Shown: in pieces, positions 19,771-28,987 of the stretch
Layout of the letters: the number at the start of each line of letters is the position of its first letter
Numbering within the stretch: the first letter of the stretch is position 1
Assembly (NCBI GenBank): GCA_019058315.1
Contig: JAHPZH010000007.1
Coordinates: 160,001 to 224,000, forward strand
DNA: 64,000 nucleotides
Direction of reading: 5' to 3'
From: Candidatus Helarchaeota archaeon
GTDB lineage: Archaea; Asgardarchaeota; Lokiarchaeia; Helarchaeales; RDOG01
Notes under the pieces: model-generated
The model's database searches: none
What the model saw: only the letters and a program-made list of their open reading frames with translations
What the model was told of the DNA's origin: nothing
Position numbers and translations under genes: made by a program

Positions 19771-20388
19771 GTGATTTTAGATGATGAATTGCTTGTTCCA
19801 CGTAAATTATATATAGATGCCGGAGTTCACTTTGGAACTGCCAAAAAAACTTCAAATATGGAACCATATATTTATAAAACTATTAATACGGGCAAAAACC
19901 AAATTAATCTTATTGATATTCGAAAAACAGCTGCCAGAATTCGAGTAGCAGCAAAGTTTATTTCTAGATACCACCCAAATAAAGTTCTAGTAACTTCAAA
20001 GCGAAGATATAGTCATCAAGCAATAAAAAAATTTTCAGAAATAATTGGTACAAAATATATAAAGGGGGAAATTAAACCGGGAACTTTAACAAATTATTCA
20101 TCTAAGCATTATATTGAAACGGATTTATTAATTATAATTGATCCTAAAAAAGATGTTGATGCGATAAATGAATCTTCTATTTCCAAAATACCAATAATAT
20201 GTCTGTCTAATACAGATAATAACTTCATAAATGTCGATTTGGTGATTCCGGCAAATAATAGAGGAAGAAAAGCATTAGCATTAATTTTTTGGATTTTAAC
20301 AAGGCAAGTTCTTTTGGAAAGTGGTGAAATAAAATTTTTTAGCGAATTTAATTTTCCAATTTCCGACTTCCTTTCCCCCTTACATTAA
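19771..20388 (+). CDS. rps2: 30S ribosomal protein uS2, divergent copy
   Basis: AGVHFGT, RIRVAAKFI, PGTLTN, VDLVIPANNRGRKALALIFWIL. Confidence 0.85.
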   Translation: MILDDELLVPRKLYIDAGVHFGTAKKTSNMEPYIYKTINTGKNQINLIDIRKTAARIRVAAKFISRYHPNKVLVTSKRRYSHQAIKKFSEIIGTKYIKGEIKPGTLTNYSSKHYIETDLLIIIDPKKDVDAINESSISKIPIICLSNTDNNFINVDLVIPANNRGRKALALIFWILTRQVLLESGEIKFFSEFNFPISDFLSPLH

Positions 20389-20472
20389 ATTTTATAAATA
20401 TAGTTCATATTAAGTAGAAAATCTAAATATTTGAATTAAAAAATGATTAAAGGAATATAAAAAAGGGATTTT

Positions 20473-20886
20473 ATGGTCAAGTCAAAGAAAAATCTAGATA
20501 TTTATGGTCTCATCGTAATAGATCGTTCAGAAATGACAATAGCCACATTATCTGGTGGTAAAAAAAATATTATAAAGATAATGAGTGCAGCCAAACCATT
20601 TAAACGATTGGAGCGTTGCGAAATACAGAAAAATTATAGACCCCTTATTGAACAAGCTACACAGGAGTTCTTCATTCGTGCAGGAGAACACATTAACAAT
20701 CAATTTTTAAGTCTACAATTAAAAGGGATAATTATAGGGGGAGGTGGACCAACTAAAAAATATTTCGTAAAAGGTGATTATTTAGATAATCGTTTAAAGG
20801 AAAAAATAATTGCTATAATCGATATTGGTTATTCTGGTGAGCAAGGTATTGACGATTTAATTAAAAAAGCCAAATTAATATTATAA
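20473..20886 (+). CDS. Stand-alone aRF1/eRF1 domain 2 (middle domain) lacking GGQ
   Basis: YGLIVIDRSE.TI, LIEQATQEFFIRAGEH, LKGIIIGGGGPTKKYF.KGDYLD.RL..KII.IIDIGYSGEQG. Confidence 0.8.
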   Translation: MVKSKKNLDIYGLIVIDRSEMTIATLSGGKKNIIKIMSAAKPFKRLERCEIQKNYRPLIEQATQEFFIRAGEHINNQFLSLQLKGIIIGGGGPTKKYFVKGDYLDNRLKEKIIAIIDIGYSGEQGIDDLIKKAKLIL

Positions 20887-21224
20887 AATGGCGATAATTA
20901 TAAATAAAGGAAGTAAATGTAAACTAGTGCGGTACTAGTCTAATAAATTTAAAAATTAATTACATTTTTTATGAGATTTTTTCTTCTATTTATTCTAAAA
21001 TATTTCAATTTCGAAAATTCGCATTTCTTGTATAAATGCTTATTAAATTCCTTAAAAAATTGTGGGGTTTTTATTATTTTTTAAAAATTCACTATTGTTT
21101 TGAATGGAAAAAGAGTTAGATTAATTAAAAAAATATCAATTTAATTAGATAAATTTATCAAAAAAAGTTTAAATAATAGAAAAACCCATTATGATTATCA
21201 AATTCAATTTAATTTTTAAAAGGT

Positions 21225-21395
21225 ATGGGATGTCTTGCGATGAATATTAGAACTTTTCCAAGATATTGGTATCATAGAAAGATTTTGAAAGCTCCAGTCG
21301 AGAAATCAGATGATATGGATCCCAAAATACAAGATATTAATCCCAAAATAGGAAAAGCTGACCCTGGCCCTACTAAAAAATCCAAATTAATCTAA
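21225..21395 (+). CDS. Putative small protein (56 aa; or 51 aa from ATG 21240)
   Basis: MGCLAMNIRTFPRYWYHRKILKAPVEKSDDMDPKIQDINPKIGKADPGPTKKSKLI; less AT-rich than its flanks; below the ORF-track cutoff. Confidence 0.45.
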   Translation: MGCLAMNIRTFPRYWYHRKILKAPVEKSDDMDPKIQDINPKIGKADPGPTKKSKLI

Positions 21396-21603
21396 AAACA
21401 ATTGAAATAATCCAAATTCATATTTAATTATATTTTTTTTAATTAATTATTTGTTATTTTAAATAAACGAATTATACTATTTCTAAAATTTTTATAAATA
21501 CCATAAATAAGAAAAAATTCTATTCTGAAATTTAAATTGAGATTATTTATTCTTTGGACTCAAAAAATTTATTTTATAACTGAATAAATAAAAATAGATT
21601 AAA

Positions 21604-22542
21604 TTGACTAAAACTTCTGAGATTTCATTTAATGATAGGGACATAATTTCAATCAAAGATTTAACTCGCGATGAAATTGAATACATTTTAGACATTGCAC
21701 TTAAAATGAAGAAATATCATGATGACCCTACTGATCTTTTAAAGGGAAAAATTCTCGCAACTCTTTTTTATGAGCCCAGTACTCGAACCCGTTTGAGTTT
21801 TACAAGTGCAATGTTAAAATTAGGAGGGGAAGTAATGGGGTTCAGCGATCCAAAGGCTTCATCTGCTGCAAAAGGTGAAAACTTATCTGATTCTATTCTT
21901 TGTATTGAAAGTTATTGTGATATTATAGTTATTCGTCATAAATTAGAAGGGAGTGCCAGATTAGCAGCTGAAGTTTCTAAAAATCCTATTATTAATGCTG
22001 GAAGTGGGACTCAGGAACATCCTACTCAAGCTTTATTAGATTTATTGACTATCAGGAACGAATTTAAATCATTAGATGGTCTAAAAATTGGAATGGTTGG
22101 GGATCTAAAATATGGTAGAACAGTAAAATCCCTCTCCTATGCACTTTCATTATATGATGTTGAATTATCATTCATCTCTCCTTCCATGTTAAGCATGAGA
22201 AAAGAAGTATTAAAGGATCTTGATGATGCTGGAATAAAATATGAAGAATTTTCTGATTTAAGTTCAGTTCTTCCCTCATTAGATGTGATTTACGCTACCC
22301 GTATACAAAAAGAACGTTTCCCCGATCCTGCGGATTATGAAAAAGTTCGAGGATCTTATAAAATAAACAAAGAGTTTTTAAATAATGCAAAAGATTCAAT
22401 GATTTTAATGCATCCTTTACCCAGAGTCGATGAAATAGCATTTGATGTTGATAAACTCCCTTGTTCTAGATATTTTATTCAACCGCTTAATGGTGTTTTA
22501 ATTAGGATGGCATTACTTGGGTTAGTATTAGGAAAAATATAA
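21604..22542 (+). CDS. pyrB: Aspartate carbamoyltransferase catalytic subunit
   Basis: FYEPSTRTRLSF, HPTQALLD, GDLKYGRTV, RIQKERF, HPLPRVDEI. Confidence 0.97.
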   Translation: MTKTSEISFNDRDIISIKDLTRDEIEYILDIALKMKKYHDDPTDLLKGKILATLFYEPSTRTRLSFTSAMLKLGGEVMGFSDPKASSAAKGENLSDSILCIESYCDIIVIRHKLEGSARLAAEVSKNPIINAGSGTQEHPTQALLDLLTIRNEFKSLDGLKIGMVGDLKYGRTVKSLSYALSLYDVELSFISPSMLSMRKEVLKDLDDAGIKYEEFSDLSSVLPSLDVIYATRIQKERFPDPADYEKVRGSYKINKEFLNNAKDSMILMHPLPRVDEIAFDVDKLPCSRYFIQPLNGVLIRMALLGLVLGKI

Positions 22543-22543
22543 A

Positions 22544-23023
22544 GTGAAAAAAATGGTAGAGAAAGAGCTTAGAGTTAGAAAAATCAAGCAAGGCACAGTT
22601 ATAGATCATATAAGCCCTGGAACTGCGTTAAGGGTTTTATCTATTCTTGGAATTATGGGAAAGGAGGGTCATATACTTTCCATTGCTATAAACGTTCCAA
22701 CGGGTAAAAATCAGAGTAACAGAAAAGATATTGTAAAAATTGAAAATAAAGAATTAGAGATTACCGATATTAATAAAATAGCTTTAATAAGTCCTCATGC
22801 TACAATAAATATAATTAGAGACTACAAAGTCGTTAGCAAAGAAAAAGTAAAACTTCCATCAGAACTTAAAGATATTATTAAATGCATTAATCCTAACTGC
22901 ATCACAAATAGTAGAGAACCGATAAAATCGCATTTTACAGTCGAAAATAAAGAACCAATATTATTAAGATGTAATTATTGTAATATTATTATGGATTTAA
23001 AGGATATTTTAAAAAATATATAA
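22544..23023 (+). CDS. pyrI: Aspartate carbamoyltransferase regulatory subunit
   Basis: GTVIDHI, KDIVKIE, CINPNCIT, LRCNYC. Confidence 0.96.
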   Translation: MKKMVEKELRVRKIKQGTVIDHISPGTALRVLSILGIMGKEGHILSIAINVPTGKNQSNRKDIVKIENKELEITDINKIALISPHATINIIRDYKVVSKEKVKLPSELKDIIKCINPNCITNSREPIKSHFTVENKEPILLRCNYCNIIMDLKDILKNI

Positions 23024-23050
23024 TATTTAAATAAAAGAGGTTGAAAACCT

Positions 23051-24022
23051 TTGAGTTTTTGGAAAGGAAAACACGTATCTGTAACCGGAGGCGATGGTTT
23101 TTTAGGCCGCCATCTAATTAGGATGCTAAAAGAAAAGGGAGCAATTCCATATGTAGTTAAAATTGAAGACTATGATTTGACAAAATATGAAGATTGTGAT
23201 CGTTTAGTCTCCCAAAAACCTAAAGCTGATATAATAATTCATCTTGCTGCAGTTGTAGGAGGTATTGGGATTAATAAGGATAATCCAGGGAAATTTTTCT
23301 ATGATAACTTAATGATGGGGGTCCAATTAGTAGAAACGTCTCGTTTAGCTGAGATCCCTAAAGTTGTATTAATTGGGACAATCTGTGCATATCCTAAATT
23401 TACAAATGTTCCTTTTAAAGAGGAAGATATATGGGATGGATATCCAGAAGAAACCAATGCTCCGTATGGACTTGCAAAAAAGATGTTGCTTGTTCAGAGT
23501 CAAGCATATAGGCAACAATATGGATTTAATTCAATATATCTATTGCCAGTCAACATGTATGGACCTGGTGATAACTTCGACTTATATAGCTCACATGTCA
23601 TACCAGCTCTTATTAGAAAATGCGTAGAAGCAGTTCAAAATAATAAAGATTATATCGAGGTTTGGGGAACAGGTAAAGCATCACGTGAATTTTTATATGT
23701 AGAAGATGCTGCCCGGGGAATTATGTTAGCCGCTGAGAATTATAATTCCAGTGAACCAGTAAATTTAGGAGCTGGTTTTGAAATTACCATAAAGGAACTT
23801 GTTCATAAAATTGCAAAATTAACTGGGTTTAAGGGAGAAATCCGTTGGGATTCTTCAAAACCAGATGGACAACCTAGACGAAGTTTGGACGTTTCAAGAG
23901 CAAAAAAAGCCTTTGGATATCAGGCGAAGGTAAATTTTGATGAAGGTCTAAAAAATACTATTGATTGGTTTAAAGAAAATCAAGATGTAATCTATCAAAA
24001 AGAAAAAAAGATGAGAAGTTAA
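23051..24022 (+). CDS. fcl: GDP-L-fucose synthase
   Basis: [52 protein letters not shown]. Confidence 0.93.
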   Translation: MSFWKGKHVSVTGGDGFLGRHLIRMLKEKGAIPYVVKIEDYDLTKYEDCDRLVSQKPKADIIIHLAAVVGGIGINKDNPGKFFYDNLMMGVQLVETSRLAEIPKVVLIGTICAYPKFTNVPFKEEDIWDGYPEETNAPYGLAKKMLLVQSQAYRQQYGFNSIYLLPVNMYGPGDNFDLYSSHVIPALIRKCVEAVQNNKDYIEVWGTGKASREFLYVEDAARGIMLAAENYNSSEPVNLGAGFEITIKELVHKIAKLTGFKGEIRWDSSKPDGQPRRSLDVSRAKKAFGYQAKVNFDEGLKNTIDWFKENQDVIYQKEKKMRS

Positions 24023-24053
24023 AAAACTAAATTTTAAAATTTTAATTATTAAA

Positions 24054-24992
24054 ATGCAATGTAGGGGTATAAATATCGATCCAAATATTATGAAAGAGGT
24101 CTTGAAACAAATTAATAAAGACAGAATCTCGTCTGAATTAATTTATAATATAATTAGAGATAAAGGATGGGATTTTAAAAGGAAAGAATTATATTTAATT
24201 TCAAAATTAAGAATAGAGTTTGAGGATCCAGAATTTTGGTATTATTTGGGTCTATTTTTCTTTGAAAATTATGAATTGGATAAAAGCCAAGATATATTTT
24301 TAGAAAATGCGTTATATTGCTTTAATAAACCATTTGAAAACAATAAAAATAAAGGTAAAACCATTTTATGTGATGCTTTTGATAATCCAAAAGATATTTT
24401 TTCCTTATCATATTCAGAATATATTGAATTTTTGAACGAATCTCTTGATCATTTGATTGTGATTTATAATAAACCATGCTTTTACGAAGGTTTTTCTTTA
24501 CTTGAGGTTATTCCAAAGAAACCAGAAATAGTCGAGAGGTTTGAGGTTATTATTACAGCTGAATATAATGAACTTATTCAAGATAAAGAAAAAATATTTG
24601 GTGAACGATTACGTCAAATTCAATTTGAAAATAAATTATATGGGATTTTAAAAATATATAAAAAAATACGGCTCTCTGAACTGGCAAAAAAATTAGATTG
24701 TGAACAATCCTATTTAGAAGAAACTTTAGAAAAACTTGTTTTAGAAGAAAAAATTAATGGAACCATAAGAAATCAGTTTTTAACAATTACTAAATTACCT
24801 GAAGATCAAGAAATAATACCTATTATTACAATTAAAGAAGGTCAATGTGCTATATGCAGGGAGGAAATCAAAGAAGAATCATTAACTTGCTCAAATTGCT
24901 CTTCAAAATTCCATAAAAGCTGTTTTTCAAAATGGATTGAAAAAAGCGAATTATGTCCAGTTTGTCAAAAAGAACTTGAAATATTTGAATAA
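24054..24992 (+). CDS. Helical repeat + PCI-type winged helix + RING (C4HC3) protein, putative E3 ligase
   Basis: TPR-like PEFWYYLG...ALYCF; WH YKKIRLSELAKKLDCEQSYLEETLEKLVLEEKINGTI; CAIC-x10-CSNC-x4-HKSC..KW-x6-CPVC. Confidence 0.78.
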   Translation: MQCRGINIDPNIMKEVLKQINKDRISSELIYNIIRDKGWDFKRKELYLISKLRIEFEDPEFWYYLGLFFFENYELDKSQDIFLENALYCFNKPFENNKNKGKTILCDAFDNPKDIFSLSYSEYIEFLNESLDHLIVIYNKPCFYEGFSLLEVIPKKPEIVERFEVIITAEYNELIQDKEKIFGERLRQIQFENKLYGILKIYKKIRLSELAKKLDCEQSYLEETLEKLVLEEKINGTIRNQFLTITKLPEDQEIIPIITIKEGQCAICREEIKEESLTCSNCSSKFHKSCFSKWIEKSELCPVCQKELEIFE

Positions 24993-25051
24993 TAATAAAT
25001 AAATCATATATTTTTTATTAGAAAATTAATTTAAAATAAGTTGGGAATGAT

Positions 25052-25792
25052 ATGAGCCATGATTATTGGTTAAGAAAAGGTTTAAACGAGAGTACGAGAG
25101 AAAGGAAAATTAAATGCTTTGAAAATGCAATTCGCAAATACTCAACTCACGAAATCTTTGCATTTGATGAGTTGGGTCATTGGATTGCTGGATATTTGAA
25201 ACTTAACAACATAAATAGTTTTCTGACTTATAGATTTTTTGGAAGTGTCCATGATAGACTTGGAAATACAAGAAAAGCCATCGAATATTATAAAAAAGCA
25301 ATAGATATCGACCCTAATGATGAGTTTATCTGGCATAGAATCGCGGAAAACTATAGAAACTTGTTAAATTACGAAAAAATAATAGAATGTTATGAAAATT
25401 CAATAAAAATTGATCCAAATATAAAATTTAAATGGATTAATTTAGGAGAAGCTTATTTCAATTTAAATAAATATAAGAAAGCAATTGAATGTTATCAAAA
25501 AGCTTTAGCTATAGAAGAACATCATCTCGAACAAATTGATTTAATTAATGCATGGGAAGGTTTAGGAAATGCACATAAAGAGTTAAAAAATTATGAAAAA
25601 GCTATAAAATGTTATGAAAAAGTAATAAAACTAGATTACAATTATGATTTGGCTTGGGAAAATATGGGATTGATTTATGAGGAATTAAAAAATTATCCAA
25701 AAGCAATTGAATGTTATAAAAATGCATTAAAAATTAACAAATTTAATGAAATTGCTCAAGAACGATTAGAAAAGTGTGAGTCAAAGGAGTGA
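25052..25792 (+). CDS. Tetratricopeptide repeat protein
   Basis: About 5 repeats of W..LG..Y..L..Y.KAI.CY.KA..IDP. Confidence 0.92.
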   Translation: MSHDYWLRKGLNESTRERKIKCFENAIRKYSTHEIFAFDELGHWIAGYLKLNNINSFLTYRFFGSVHDRLGNTRKAIEYYKKAIDIDPNDEFIWHRIAENYRNLLNYEKIIECYENSIKIDPNIKFKWINLGEAYFNLNKYKKAIECYQKALAIEEHHLEQIDLINAWEGLGNAHKELKNYEKAIKCYEKVIKLDYNYDLAWENMGLIYEELKNYPKAIECYKNALKINKFNEIAQERLEKCESKE

Positions 25793-25799
25793 ATAAAAT

Positions 25800-27812
25800 A
25801 TTTCTAATATACAAGAACCAGATGTAGAAAAATTAGGTCTCTCCAAAGATATTGATGGTTTAATTAAAGCTTTAGAATATCCAAAATGGTATATTAGAAA
25901 AGATGCTGCAAAATGGCTTGGAAAATTAAAGGAATTAAAAACAGCAAAATTATTAATACAACTACTCAAGGACGAAGATTGTTATGTACGAGAGAATGCA
26001 GAGGATTCTCTTATAAGTATGGGTAGTGATGTGGTTGAACTCCTCATCCCTTATCTTAAAGACAAAAATAATAGTATTAAGGGAAATGTAGCAAGTATTC
26101 TTGGTCGTATTGGAGATAAGAGAGCAATTAAACCCCTTATGCCGCTTTTAAATGATGATGACGAAATTGTTCAAATCCGAGTATCTTATGCTCTTAAGAA
26201 TCTTGACTGGAAACCTACCGATAAACAATTAGAAATGAGTTACGAATTTGCTAAAGGTGATTGGAAAGATCCTCATACAATGGACAAAGGTCTACAAAAA
26301 ATTGAAGAAATAATAAACTCTCCTGATTTATTACCAAAACCACCTATAAAACCACCAATCAAACCAGTTCCTAAATCAAAACCTCCTATTCCATCTTTAA
26401 AAGGAAAACCATTAGAAATTATTCTTCCATATTTAAATGATAATGATGAAAATATCCGTATTGAAGCAATAAAAGCTCTTAAACATGTAAAAGACGATAA
26501 AAAAGTGAATCTTCTCATCCATTCTTTCGAAGATAAAGATGAAGATGTCAGATATGAGGCAGTTAAATCTTTAAGTAAGATAAAAAATCTTAAAGCGGTA
26601 GATTCTATAGCTCAACTTTTATGGGACGATTCCTATTTAGTTCAAAAAAAGGCATTAGAAGTCTTAAGAAAAATTGGAAATGCAAACGCGGTAGATCCTC
26701 TGATTAAAGCTCTAAAAGATAAAGTCATTTATACTGAAGCTTTTGAAACTATTGAAAAAATTGGAAAATCTGCTATTACACCTCTTATCAAATTCCTTAG
26801 GGATGAAGATTATTGGATTCGAAAAAACACAGCAGAAACTCTTAATAAACTTGGATGGAAAGCAAAGAATGAAACCGAAAAAGCTTATTATTTAATTGCA
26901 ATTGATGACTCTAAAGGGTGGGAAGAGATAGTAAAATTAGGAGATTTTGCCCTAGAACCCCTCATTAAATCATTAAGTTATAAAAAGTTTCCTAGATTTG
27001 GAGATATTATTTTTCCGGATGATAGAGCAATTGCCCTTTCTGAATTAGGAGAGATAGCATTAGAGCCTCTTATAAAGGCACTAAAGGAAGGAGATTCTAA
27101 TACAAGATGGGGTGCAGCTGAGGCTTTAACGTTTATAGGAGATGTAAGGGCTCTAGAACCCCTTGCCCAAGCTTTAAATGATGAAAATTCAGATGTGAGA
27201 CATAGCGCAATTAGTGCTTTTAGTCATTATTCAGATAAAGAAGTAATAGATGTTTATATAAAGTATAATATGTTAAAGCATAAAGATATTCGAGTCAGAT
27301 TTAGTGCAATGAGAGATATAGGTTGGAGAGAAGATTATCGATTAGTGGAACCTCTACTCCAAGCATTAAAAGAAGATAACTATAGAATTATTGATTCAGC
27401 AGTTCATTCTTTATCAAAGTTAAAAGAAAAAAGAGCAGTAGAACCTCTTATAAAATTACTTAAACATAAAGACTCGATGATTATAAGAACAGCAGCTGAA
27501 GGTCTTGGAGATATAGGAGATGTAAGAGCAGTAGAACCTCTCATAGGGATGCTTAATAATGAAGATTGGCAAATTTTAAGAGAAATAATCAATGCGCTTG
27601 GTAAAATAAGAGATAAAAAAGCAGTAGAGCCCCTTATCCAACTCTTAAATGATAAGGATAAATTTATTAGATTGGAAGCTGTAGAAGCTCTTACAAATAT
27701 TGGTGACTTTACAGCAATTGATCCGATTTATGAGACCATACAAAAAGAAAAAGTTAATTATATAGCAGAAGCTATGCAAAAAGCCTTGGAAGAGTTAAGA
27801 AAAAAAATTTAA
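25800..27812 (+). CDS. HEAT/PBS-lyase repeat protein
   Basis: Many AVEPLI..L.D....VR..A..ALG.IGD repeats; Pro-rich linker. The frame is open upstream of track start 26019 to ATT at 25800 (after SD GGAGTGA) and encodes further repeats. Confidence 0.9.
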   Translation: MSNIQEPDVEKLGLSKDIDGLIKALEYPKWYIRKDAAKWLGKLKELKTAKLLIQLLKDEDCYVRENAEDSLISMGSDVVELLIPYLKDKNNSIKGNVASILGRIGDKRAIKPLMPLLNDDDEIVQIRVSYALKNLDWKPTDKQLEMSYEFAKGDWKDPHTMDKGLQKIEEIINSPDLLPKPPIKPPIKPVPKSKPPIPSLKGKPLEIILPYLNDNDENIRIEAIKALKHVKDDKKVNLLIHSFEDKDEDVRYEAVKSLSKIKNLKAVDSIAQLLWDDSYLVQKKALEVLRKIGNANAVDPLIKALKDKVIYTEAFETIEKIGKSAITPLIKFLRDEDYWIRKNTAETLNKLGWKAKNETEKAYYLIAIDDSKGWEEIVKLGDFALEPLIKSLSYKKFPRFGDIIFPDDRAIALSELGEIALEPLIKALKEGDSNTRWGAAEALTFIGDVRALEPLAQALNDENSDVRHSAISAFSHYSDKEVIDVYIKYNMLKHKDIRVRFSAMRDIGWREDYRLVEPLLQALKEDNYRIIDSAVHSLSKLKEKRAVEPLIKLLKHKDSMIIRTAAEGLGDIGDVRAVEPLIGMLNNEDWQILREIINALGKIRDKKAVEPLIQLLNDKDKFIRLEAVEALTNIGDFTAIDPIYETIQKEKVNYIAEAMQKALEELRKKI

Positions 27813-27880
27813 TTCAATATTTTATTTTAGATTTTTTTGAACACAAACAAAATAAAAGAAAAAAAATTAGGAATATTCTG

Positions 27881-28978
27881 TTAATCTACTTTTAACAATG
27901 GATTCATTATTCCGAAAGAACCCGTTCGAACTAACGCTGCTTTTAAGAATTGGTAACCAATATCGTATGTTGAGCCATCTCCACCAATTGCAATAACAAC
28001 ACTTGGTGTTCCCTTAAAATGACCTTTAGTTTTTAAAATTCGTTGTGTAGTAGCGATTGCATCTCCTATTGTGGCAGATGTTTCAAAAAGGTGATGCATC
28101 CAAGGCACTTTCCAGCTAGGAACATCATCTTTTGAAAGTGAGACTTCTGAGCAACTCGTGTTATTTGTAATTATGACATTCTTTCCAGCTACCATATATG
28201 CGGCTAAAGCTAAATGGTTGAGTGATACTGCGAGTCCACATCCTGAGCAAAGTCCATAACCTGGTGCAAATAGATCTTGATTTGGAATCTCTTGAGGTTT
28301 AATTGTATACATTTCTATTTGAGCATCAGGATCTCCAAATGCTCTAACTAAATTAAGTATATTTTCATTACGTTGTCTATAAGATTCCCAAATTTGGTCG
28401 ATAGCATCTTCATTAAGTGTTGGTCTTACGAGATGTCTATATTTCCCTAAAAGGTTTATATATTCTACTAATTTCTCTCGATCAGGTTCAGCTTTGAGCT
28501 TTCGACTGAGATAATAAGTTGGTCTTCCATCTCTTACCTTTATAGAAAATAGGGGCCATATACCTGCATCAACTGCGAGTTTGTCGACTTTGTGTGTGAC
28601 ATTTAGTGCATGTCGCCATCCTCGATCGCATGAAGTAAGGGCTTGGATAAAAGCAGATCCGGGAGTTTTAAGTGCTTCAACAACTTTACCTATGAAATCT
28701 TGTGGGTAAGCTGCACTTACTGTTGCTAAGAAAGATGATTTCATACCTAGAAAAGCAAAACCGTTTATTATATCTTGTTTAACTCCAATTTTTCCTGGTA
28801 TTGCTTTTCCACCAGGACCAGTAGTAGTAGACGCAAAAGGGGGAGTAGAACCAGATTCCTGAATTCCCGTATTCATAAAAGCTTCGTTATCATAATTATA
28901 ATATAACATATAATTTTTTGTAGGACGTTTTAATAGATCTTGAACTTTAATTACACGTGCTTTCATTTTTTCACTCAT
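27881..28978 (-). CDS. porB: 2-oxoacid (pyruvate):ferredoxin oxidoreductase beta subunit, circularly permuted
   Basis: YDNEAFMNTGIQESGSTP near the N-terminus; APGYGLCSGCG, TSCSEV and GGDGSTYDIG in the C-terminal third; last gene of the por operon. Confidence 0.9.
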   Translation of the reverse strand: MSEKMKARVIKVQDLLKRPTKNYMLYYNYDNEAFMNTGIQESGSTPPFASTTTGPGGKAIPGKIGVKQDIINGFAFLGMKSSFLATVSAAYPQDFIGKVVEALKTPGSAFIQALTSCDRGWRHALNVTHKVDKLAVDAGIWPLFSIKVRDGRPTYYLSRKLKAEPDREKLVEYINLLGKYRHLVRPTLNEDAIDQIWESYRQRNENILNLVRAFGDPDAQIEMYTIKPQEIPNQDLFAPGYGLCSGCGLAVSLNHLALAAYMVAGKNVIITNNTSCSEVSLSKDDVPSWKVPWMHHLFETSATIGDAIATTQRILKTKGHFKGTPSVVIAIGGDGSTYDIGYQFLKAALVRTGSFGIMNPLLKVD

Positions 28979-28987
28979 ATTTATCAC

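Noticed and set aside
20923-20939. ACTAGT-N5-ACTAGT hairpin/palindrome after the aRF1 fragment
   Set aside because: Too short and a single occurrence; could be chance.
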